NCBI GenBank assembly: GCA_937950125.1
Contig: CALFEP010000305.1
Location: 978 to 64,977, forward strand
DNA: 64,000 bases
Reading direction: 5' to 3'
Source of the DNA: an uncultured Bacteroidota bacterium
GTDB taxonomy: Bacteria; Bacteroidota; Bacteroidia; Bacteroidales; 4484-276
A program made the position numbers and the translations under genes. Positions 27,055-34,852 of the stretch are shown piece after piece (position 1 is the first letter of the stretch; each line of letters starts with the position of its first letter). The notes under the pieces are model-generated. The model was not told the DNA's origin. It was given only the letters and a program-made list of their open reading frames with translations, and ran no database searches.

Positions 27055-28680
27055 TTATTTTTTCAGATCATGATCAATCTCCACCTCGCCGGTGTTTTCA
27101 ATTTTGATACCCTCATTTTTGGTACATGAAGGATAGGTTATTGATGCCGAGGACGACATTTTTCCAAGATAAGCTTTTCCGGGCTCCAGTGTCTGAAGTG
27201 TATTGATATTTTGTGCCGGCCAGTAAAGCCCGGTTCCGGCAACTTCTTTGATGATCATTACTTTGTTGATCACCGGGTTAAAAACGTCGCTTACTGACAC
27301 TTCGCAGTTACTCAGTACCGGAAAAAGATTCCAGCCCGATACCAATGTAAGGTTGCGTGTTGAAGCAAGGCAACCGGGCACAGAAAAGGTAGCCGGATTG
27401 TTCATTTTTATTTCATAGCCTTTGGTCCGGCTCCACGAACCTATTGTGTTTGTGCCCAGGCTTGGATTGTATGTCCCTGTAAGGGTTTGCATAACTATCA
27501 CATTACTGACAATTGGGCTGAACAGGGTGTTGAGCGAAGTAACTGCCGGTGTTTGGTAACTCGATAAACCCGACCATCCGGCAGGTAACTCGATACGATG
27601 ATAGCAAAAACCCGACAGGCTGTCGATTGCCGATAACCCACCCGAAATCCATTTATCGGGTGCTACCGTGTTGGGGAGTGTACGGCGTGTAAAAGTCACG
27701 TAGTAGTCGTCGTCGGCATTGGGCCACGAATAGAACCTCCAGTTAATAACTTCGTTATAGCCAAATCCCTCTTTTTGTGTGGTATAGGTATCATCGCCCT
27801 GAAGCACAATCGGTGTATTTTTTTCGGGTGACCAAATTCCGTATCCGCCGCATTTCAGGTTTCCGTTTTCGTCGTAATAAAAACCACCAATCAGATCACC
27901 TAACTGCAGAGGAACTCCACAGATGTCGGGTTTTGAGGTATTCCACACCGAGATAGTCATGATTCCAAAATAGGGAGGTGGTTTTTCCCAGCCGGGTGGC
28001 GTGCCAAAATTGTAGTAATAAACCTTGTAATTTTGATTGAAATAGCTGGTAGTGATGTTGGTGTAGGTCTTTGTCAAAGGTGTTATGTAGTAATAATTGT
28101 TGCTGCTCGAAACATATTCAGGATCGAAAGTGCCGCTCCAGCAAGGCAAAAACTGCAACGAATATTCACCCAGTGCATTGGTTGTAACCTGAATCTTGCT
28201 GAGGGCGCCGTTTTTGGGCCTTAAAACGATGGTTTTATTGGCAAAAGGAGCACCGGTGACCGAATCGGTGAAAGTACCCGAAATGGTAAGCATCTGGCTG
28301 GCAATAAACGTGTAGTTCTGATTCACCGAATCGGATTTCAGGTTTGTGTAAGTACGCAATCCGGGTGTGAAAACGTATAAATCGCAGCAGTAGAAAGGAG
28401 TAACCGTTCCACTCCATGTCCTGATAACATCTTTGGTATAAAATCCTTCCGAATTGGTGGTTGCCGTTCCAAAATCGGGTACAAACGACAGGGTTACTCC
28501 CTGATAAGGTAAGGTGTCAGTGCCGTTAATAAAAAATACATAACCCGAGATTGTATGATTAATCCGCAGATTGGTGGAATCTTTTCGCCCGTCCGAATTA
28601 TCATTGCTGACGGTAACATTCTGTGCATTAAGTGTAATTACGAAAGCAACAGTAAACAACAACAGCAGTATTTTTTTCAT
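27055..28680 (-). CDS. Secreted protein of unknown function (paralog 'C'); no T9SS CTD
   Basis: The signal peptide ends 'TLNA|Q'. Two CarboxypepD_reg-like modules ('WSGTVTP', 'CWSGTFDPEY') are followed by a 'GDLIGGF...GDDTYT' module and a GW/YWP-INT double module. It ends 'ITYPSCTKNEGIKIENTGEVEIDHDLKK'. Confidence 0.7.
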   Translation of the reverse strand: MKKILLLLFTVAFVITLNAQNVTVSNDNSDGRKDSTNLRINHTISGYVFFINGTDTLPYQGVTLSFVPDFGTATTNSEGFYTKDVIRTWSGTVTPFYCCDLYVFTPGLRTYTNLKSDSVNQNYTFIASQMLTISGTFTDSVTGAPFANKTIVLRPKNGALSKIQVTTNALGEYSLQFLPCWSGTFDPEYVSSSNNYYYITPLTKTYTNITTSYFNQNYKVYYYNFGTPPGWEKPPPYFGIMTISVWNTSKPDICGVPLQLGDLIGGFYYDENGNLKCGGYGIWSPEKNTPIVLQGDDTYTTQKEGFGYNEVINWRFYSWPNADDDYYVTFTRRTLPNTVAPDKWISGGLSAIDSLSGFCYHRIELPAGWSGLSSYQTPAVTSLNTLFSPIVSNVIVMQTLTGTYNPSLGTNTIGSWSRTKGYEIKMNNPATFSVPGCLASTRNLTLVSGWNLFPVLSNCEVSVSDVFNPVINKVMIIKEVAGTGLYWPAQNINTLQTLEPGKAYLGKMSSSASITYPSCTKNEGIKIENTGEVEIDHDLKK

Positions 28681-28692
28681 GTCAGGGATGTT

Positions 28693-30960
28693 TTATTTGT
28701 TTAAAACCAGTTTTTCAATTTTCACGTAACCTGAATTTTCAATCTTTACCATGTAAATTCCACTGTGCAACCCTGAAAGATCTATTTCAGTCTGGTCAGC
28801 AATTAATCCATCAAATACTGATTTTCCAAACAAATCGGTAATGGTGAGATGATAGGTTGCCCCTGCATTGCCAGCGCTGAATTTTAGCGATTCTGAGGCC
28901 GGATTTGGATAAAAACTGACAAATTCGTTGTTCATTTCACCCGTGCCGGTTGAGGTAAGCTGCATTTCTTTAAACGCCGATAAACCATCGGTAACAAAAG
29001 TGCCATCGCAGGAAGGCAGCGAACAGTCGTATTCAGCCCAGACATCGTATTGTTTTTTGGTGGATGGCCGGTACAGCTTAAAGGTGAGCATTTCGCCATC
29101 GTAAAAACCTTCGGATTCATAAGTTAGATCATCGTCGCCGTAAATCGTGATCACAGCATTTCCAGTGGTATTTTCTATCATTGTAAGCCCTGCACAGGTA
29201 CCATCCTGCATAAAGGCGCCAATGTAATCGCCACTGTTCACCTGAGTGAGGCAACCTGCGGGAATGGCAATGTTGTGGGTGGCAGTGTTCACAACCGGGG
29301 TGTTCCAGGGAGTGAGGTTTGTTATTTCAGGAATTGGCTCATGATTTATTTTTTCGTTGCCCGAACATGCCGGATAGGTGATGGTTGCCGAAGAGGTCAT
29401 TTTGGCAAGATAGGCTTTTCCGGGTTGTAATATCTGCAGGGTGTTTATTCCCATTTCAGGCCAGAAAACACCTGGGCCGGCAACATCTTTAATGATGGTA
29501 ACCTTGCTGATGACCGATGAAGTGAAGACACTGGTAAGGTAAACGTTGCAGTTGACCAGCACCGGAAAAAGATTCCATCCCGAAGCAAGCGAAACCGAAT
29601 TGCTGGTTCCCGGGCATCCTTCTATCGGAAGTGTACGGGCGTTTGCCATCTTTATTTTGTAACCTTTTGTGCGGCTCCATGCCCAGGTTCCGGGAACACT
29701 TCCGCCCGGCCAGTAGGTTTGGGTGAGGTTTTGCAGAATAACCAGGTCGCTCGTTACAGGGCTGAAAAGATTGGCAGCCGTAATGTTTGAAACCCGTGTA
29801 ACCTGGTAGCTCGAAATGCTTCCCCATCCTGCCGGAATTTCCACTTTATGGTAAAGATACCCTGGCATGGTCTGGATGGCCGAAAGTGAACCAGGGCTCC
29901 ATTTACCATCGTAGTCCAATGGCTGACCACCGAGGTTGGTAAAGTAGGTGGGATATGCCGGGTAGGTTTCATCATTGTCCCATGAATAAAACCTCCAGTT
30001 AATCACTTCGTTTCCGTTAAAACCATCTTTTTCAGGAGTATAGGTATCGTTTCCTTTTAATACCACCGGGGTGTTTTTTTCGGGAGTCCACAACCCGTAA
30101 CCACCACATTTCAGTGAACCATCATCGCCAACATAAAAACCTCCAATAAGGTCGCCTAACTGCAAACCCGTAGTGCAAAAATTGGGATTGGAGGTTGTAA
30201 ATACTGATATTGTGTGAACACTGGGTGCATTTGGTGGGTATTCCCAACCCGGCGGTGTGCCATAATTAAAATAATAAACTTTAAAATCCTGATTTGTGTA
30301 ATTCTGTGATATGTTGTTGAAGGTTCTTGTAAAAGGAGTAATGAATAAATCGGTGCCATATTCCGGATCAAAAGTTCCGCTCCAGCAGGGTAAAAACTGT
30401 AATGAATACTGCCCCTGAGAATTGGTTGTGATTTGAATTTTCGGAATCTCGTTACCATTTTTATACCTCAGCACAATGGTTTTATTGGCTATTGGGTCGC
30501 CTGTGAGTGAATCGGTAAACGTGCCGGATATGGTAAACAATTGACTTGTTACAATGGTAAAATTCTGATTGCTTTGATTGGCGGTAACGCCGGTAAAAGT
30601 ACGGGTTGCAGGAGTGCTTGTAAAGGAATAGGACGAACAGGAATAAACCGGTGTTACAGTTCCACTCCATCCCGATTCAAGAGATAATGAGTACTTTCCA
30701 TAGGCATCGGTGTAAATAGTGGTGTCTTTAGGTAAAAATTTAACCGGATAACCCGCCCAGGCAGTCGAATTTCCATTGTAAGAAATATTAATATAGCCTG
30801 AAATGGTAATATTGGCTTTTGGGTTAATGGAGTCTCCTCGGGAAATAGCTGGCTCATTTTTGCTAAGTGCATCTTTTGCCAGTGTTTGTGAAAATACATT
30901 TGCGACGAAAATAGTACTGTTCAGCAAAAGGAACAGTAAGGTTGATATTATTGTCTTCAT
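28693..30960 (-). CDS. Secreted protein of unknown function (paralog 'D') with an extra module and T9SS CTD
   Basis: It has the same module order as 27055-28680, plus a second 'GDYIGAF...YGDDDLT' module and the CTD 'FYPNPASESLKFS...GIYMVKIEN'. The start is trimmed to the ATG at 30960, giving MKTIISTLLFLLLNSTIFVANVFS|Q. Only 12 nt separate it from the next gene. Confidence 0.7.
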   Translation of the reverse strand: MKTIISTLLFLLLNSTIFVANVFSQTLAKDALSKNEPAISRGDSINPKANITISGYINISYNGNSTAWAGYPVKFLPKDTTIYTDAYGKYSLSLESGWSGTVTPVYSCSSYSFTSTPATRTFTGVTANQSNQNFTIVTSQLFTISGTFTDSLTGDPIANKTIVLRYKNGNEIPKIQITTNSQGQYSLQFLPCWSGTFDPEYGTDLFITPFTRTFNNISQNYTNQDFKVYYFNYGTPPGWEYPPNAPSVHTISVFTTSNPNFCTTGLQLGDLIGGFYVGDDGSLKCGGYGLWTPEKNTPVVLKGNDTYTPEKDGFNGNEVINWRFYSWDNDETYPAYPTYFTNLGGQPLDYDGKWSPGSLSAIQTMPGYLYHKVEIPAGWGSISSYQVTRVSNITAANLFSPVTSDLVILQNLTQTYWPGGSVPGTWAWSRTKGYKIKMANARTLPIEGCPGTSNSVSLASGWNLFPVLVNCNVYLTSVFTSSVISKVTIIKDVAGPGVFWPEMGINTLQILQPGKAYLAKMTSSATITYPACSGNEKINHEPIPEITNLTPWNTPVVNTATHNIAIPAGCLTQVNSGDYIGAFMQDGTCAGLTMIENTTGNAVITIYGDDDLTYESEGFYDGEMLTFKLYRPSTKKQYDVWAEYDCSLPSCDGTFVTDGLSAFKEMQLTSTGTGEMNNEFVSFYPNPASESLKFSAGNAGATYHLTITDLFGKSVFDGLIADQTEIDLSGLHSGIYMVKIENSGYVKIEKLVLNK

Positions 30961-31082
30961 AGTTAATGGTTTAATTATTAACAAATTATCCTCTTTTTAA
31001 ATAAAAATCCCGCACAAATTTAGACACACTTTAATTAAAATCATAATTTTTTTCCACACAATTAAGAAGTACATCTGAAAAT

Positions 31083-31118
31083 AAAAAAAACCGGAGATCA
31101 GAAATCCCCGGTTTTTCA
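31083..31118 (-). terminator. Candidate terminator after the BNR-protein gene
   Basis: The structure is A8-CCGGAGA...TCCCCGG-T5, a 7-bp stem with one mismatch and U-runs available on both strands. Confidence 0.5.
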
Positions 31119-31139
31119 GTACAGACAGAGAATTCGAAA

Positions 31140-34100
31140 TTATTTCCGGATCACCATCTTTTTAATCAAATTAATATCATGACCCTTCAGGTTAAGGAAA
31201 TAAATGCCATCGGGTTGATTTTGAAGATTGACGTTCAATTCAGTGTTTTTGTCGATGGTCAATTGATTTGAAGTATAAACTTCTTTACCCAGGGCGTTAT
31301 AAATATTCAGATCAACTTTTTCGGCAGAAAAAGAGGTTAAAGTGATGGTAAACAAACCGCTGCCGGGGTTGGGGAATACCTGTACTGACCATTGGCCGCT
31401 GTTCTCTGAAATTCCGGTGCAATCGTCAAACTGAATGTTGATAGAATCGGTATTTTGGCAGTCTTCCGGGCTGGTAACCGTAACCCAGATATCAATATTT
31501 CCAATGCCAACTCCGGTGGTGTCCACCGCAATTGTCTGAGTAGTAGCCCCGGTTGACCACAAGTACTGTGCTCCTGGATTTCCGGCATCCAGCACCATGG
31601 TTTCGTTGGCACAAATGGTAACATCACTACCGAGTTCAACAACTGGCAATGCGTGGATAGCTACTTCGAGTGCATCCGACATCGCGCTTTGACCGCATAT
31701 ATTGACTCCTGCAACCATAACCGAGGCAGTTCCTGTAAATTCGTCATTCCAGGTTACTGTTGCGGTAAGTCCGGTACCTGCGATGGTTCCGGCATTGGCT
31801 GGCGTCAGCTGCCAGGCATAGGTGTTCGATCCGGCACTGCCATTGGTGCTGTAAACCGATTGATAAACACCCTGACAGTAGGCAGTTTCGCCCTGTGGGG
31901 CTGCTGGTTGTGCAGGAATATCCGAGACCACAACCGAGGCTTGTCCTGTAACAATGGTTTCGCCGTCGTTTACTTCACAGATGTAAGTTGTGGTAGCCGT
32001 TGGAGTTACATAAGGTTCGGGTGAGTTTGAGGTAAATCCGGCCGGGTCAGAAGTCCAGGAATAGGTGTAGCTTCCGCTGCCACCCTGTGCCATTGCCGAA
32101 AGCTGAGAGCCCGAGCCAATACAAATGTTGGCGGGATTAGCCACAACATTGAGTGCAAGCGGGAAAGAGCCTCCTACATTTAAGGTAATCGGAACATCAA
32201 CAACAGGCATATCCGGGTCGTTGCTTTCTACTTTCACGTTACCAAAATAGGTACCTTCTGTTAAATCCTGTGAATTGAAATTAACTTCAATGATGTCTGT
32301 ATTTCCGGGAGCAAGGGTATCGGTAACCCGTTCTACAAACAACCAACTGTTAACTTTAATGGTATAATCTTCAATTTCGCCATAAGTTGAACTACCGCAT
32401 GGCTCGGGTGCAGAGCTGTAAGTCATTCTAACCCTCATACGGTGTTCGCCACCAACAGTTCCCATTGGAACGGTTATGGTTCCTGTAAATGTTTGACCTT
32501 GTCCGCCAACGTTGGTAAGCTGGTATTGCTCGGTGCTGTTTTGGGCAAAAGTGAAGTCGTCGTTCCAGTCAACCCAAACATAAACAATATCGGAAGCCCA
32601 GGCATTTCCATTTTCAACAGTAATGCTTTCCGATTCACCAGCATTGATTTCTGTGTAAATGTTGGTGTAGTTGGCTACTCCGCCCTGCCATCCGCTTGAA
32701 TTGTTGATGGTTCCGCACTCTACATTGGCGATGAATTCGTCCTCAACACTGGTTGTTGCATCGCAGTAGTCTTTTCCACGGGTGGGTTCGGTTGATGATG
32801 ACACTTCGTAATACAGGTCTAACTGACCAACATTGGAAATATTGACGTAGTGGGTTGAAGTGGAGCCCAGGTCGATGTATTCGATGATTTCGTCGGGTTC
32901 GACGGCAACATGTGCGTCGCCCCACTGCAGTGTAAGGCTTGGTCCTGACGATTCACCTTCAGTGTGCATGGCTGTAACCTTGTATTTGAAAATGCCATAG
33001 GTCGGGAGGGTTTCTGAATAGAAAGGATCGGTAGTGGTAGCAACCTGGAAACCATCTCTGTAAATGATGAAATACTGGAAGGTAGCTACTGGTTCGAAAG
33101 ACCAGCCAAGGCTAACCTGTCCGGTTTCAAAGGTTACTGATCCCGTAAGGTCAGCAGGGCGGGGCAGGCTGTTGGTTTCGTAGGGTGAGGTGTAGGTCAT
33201 GGCTGTGCCGCTGCGGGTATCGGTCCAAACGGGATAAACTTTTCCACCGCGTGCTGAAATTCCCAGATAGTCGCCCATGTAGCTGCCGGCAAGACCTGGA
33301 ATTGGGGTTGGGGTAAAGTCAACATCACTTACGCGAAAATCTTCCCAGGTTTCGCCACCATCGAAAGAGTTGGCGCACCATACTTCGCATTTTGACGCTG
33401 TAGTATTGCGGTCGTCATAGAAAACAACGCTCAGCGCGCCGGTTTCGGGGTCGCAGGTTATCCATGGAAAATAATGAATGTTGCCTAAGCCGGAAGCATC
33501 CTGGTTTACTTTTATCGGATTCGACCAGGTTGTACCCTGGTTGCTCGACTTGATCATATAAATGTCGGTGTCGCTTCCTGTATTAATACCGGGAACACCA
33601 ATATTTGCCCAGACAACGTAAATAGTACCATCGCCACTGATATCGCAGGCTGATGACGGAAATGAATTAACGCGTTGGTTTTTGCCAACTCCGCTTGTTC
33701 TGACACCACGAATGTTGGAGCGAATGCGGGTGGCTGTTTCAAAAGTAGCGCCTCCATTTAACGAACGTGCAAAACCGATGGCTGTTTCATCGCTTGGCCA
33801 CGAATCGTAAATTGCCCAGGTACAATACACTTCGCCATTTGGGCCGGTTTGTATATTTACACCCTGATTGTGACTGCCAGCATTCACGGCTGAACTGATG
33901 TTCATGTGTGAGGAATACGTTAAACCATCGTTGGTTGAACGAACAAATTCGATTTCCGAATCATTTGCATTTCCAAAACCAGTCCAGGCTGAATAAACGT
34001 TTCCTTCGTAAGGGCTGGTTGGACTATTGTCAACCCACATGTGGTTCTTGTCCAGAATGTTCCAGCCGCCCGGAGGAGTACCACAAACTACAGATGTCCA

Positions 34101-34682
34101 GCTGGTACCATCATTTGAATAGGCAATACCCTGGCCTCCGTTGCTGTGAATAAAGCCAACATATTGCCGGCCTTCAAGGTTAATTCCGGTGGCAGGGTCG
34201 CCCGAATTGCTTCCTCCTGCGCCCTGAACCGTTCCGCCCCAGGTAAGTCCAAAATCATACGAAAAGAAATAATTGGCTCCGTAAAGGCTTCCAACAGGAT
34301 TTTGGGTCGAATTGTTCGATTGCAGCACGTGATCAGGATCGGTGGGGTCAACAAAAATTGAGTTTTCGCTTTGCGTCGAATTAACATTGGTTACCGGTAC
34401 ATCTGGTGAATCTTCGCGCCATACACTTTTGGCAGCGATTTTACTCCCTTTAAAAGTACCTAACGGAATATCAACTTTTGGAGCAACGCTAGCAAGTCCG
34501 AGTTCAGCGGCTTTGCGCCAGTAGCCCATGTTGTCAACACGGGTGTCGAGTACCTGGTATGGATTGTAAATACCATTGGGGTATAGCTTTTCGCGATACG
34601 ATTCCTTTTTTTGCTGCGAAAAAAGGCCTGTGGTTACAAACACCATAACCAGTGTTAAAAGTAAAGTTGAAACATTTTTCAT
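31140..34682 (-). CDS. BNR/Asp-box beta-propeller protein (sialidase-like fold) with FN3-like, GEVED and PKD-like modules and T9SS CTD
   Basis: Six Asp-box-like motifs are present: 'SYDFGLTW', 'SNDGTSW', 'STNDGLTY', 'SLNGGATF', 'SSNQGTTW' and 'SFDGGETW'. The GEVED signature is 'TYGEIEDYTIKV'. The CTD is 'VFPNPGSGLFTITL...GIYFLNL'. The signal peptide ends 'GLFS|Q'. Confidence 0.75.
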   Translation of the reverse strand: MKNVSTLLLTLVMVFVTTGLFSQQKKESYREKLYPNGIYNPYQVLDTRVDNMGYWRKAAELGLASVAPKVDIPLGTFKGSKIAAKSVWREDSPDVPVTNVNSTQSENSIFVDPTDPDHVLQSNNSTQNPVGSLYGANYFFSYDFGLTWGGTVQGAGGSNSGDPATGINLEGRQYVGFIHSNGGQGIAYSNDGTSWTSVVCGTPPGGWNILDKNHMWVDNSPTSPYEGNVYSAWTGFGNANDSEIEFVRSTNDGLTYSSHMNISSAVNAGSHNQGVNIQTGPNGEVYCTWAIYDSWPSDETAIGFARSLNGGATFETATRIRSNIRGVRTSGVGKNQRVNSFPSSACDISGDGTIYVVWANIGVPGINTGSDTDIYMIKSSNQGTTWSNPIKVNQDASGLGNIHYFPWITCDPETGALSVVFYDDRNTTASKCEVWCANSFDGGETWEDFRVSDVDFTPTPIPGLAGSYMGDYLGISARGGKVYPVWTDTRSGTAMTYTSPYETNSLPRPADLTGSVTFETGQVSLGWSFEPVATFQYFIIYRDGFQVATTTDPFYSETLPTYGIFKYKVTAMHTEGESSGPSLTLQWGDAHVAVEPDEIIEYIDLGSTSTHYVNISNVGQLDLYYEVSSSTEPTRGKDYCDATTSVEDEFIANVECGTINNSSGWQGGVANYTNIYTEINAGESESITVENGNAWASDIVYVWVDWNDDFTFAQNSTEQYQLTNVGGQGQTFTGTITVPMGTVGGEHRMRVRMTYSSAPEPCGSSTYGEIEDYTIKVNSWLFVERVTDTLAPGNTDIIEVNFNSQDLTEGTYFGNVKVESNDPDMPVVDVPITLNVGGSFPLALNVVANPANICIGSGSQLSAMAQGGSGSYTYSWTSDPAGFTSNSPEPYVTPTATTTYICEVNDGETIVTGQASVVVSDIPAQPAAPQGETAYCQGVYQSVYSTNGSAGSNTYAWQLTPANAGTIAGTGLTATVTWNDEFTGTASVMVAGVNICGQSAMSDALEVAIHALPVVELGSDVTICANETMVLDAGNPGAQYLWSTGATTQTIAVDTTGVGIGNIDIWVTVTSPEDCQNTDSINIQFDDCTGISENSGQWSVQVFPNPGSGLFTITLTSFSAEKVDLNIYNALGKEVYTSNQLTIDKNTELNVNLQNQPDGIYFLNLKGHDINLIKKMVIRK

Positions 34683-34755
34683 TCGTGTGATCTCCTTAGA
34701 AAAGATTTAATTTAATAATGATTTTATTGTAGAACATTTTAATATCAAGAAGTTG

Positions 34756-34763
34756 CAAAAGTA
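34756..34763 (-). promoter_or_regulatory. Candidate -7 box (TACTTTTG on the minus strand)
   Basis: It lies 74 nt upstream of the ATG at 34682. Confidence 0.3.
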
Positions 34764-34852
34764 AGCAAAAACATGTTGATGCTTTTTTTTGTAAAATAAT
34801 AATTGTTAAAAAAACAATGGAAATTGGTGATTATGTGTTTTTTAACAAAAAA

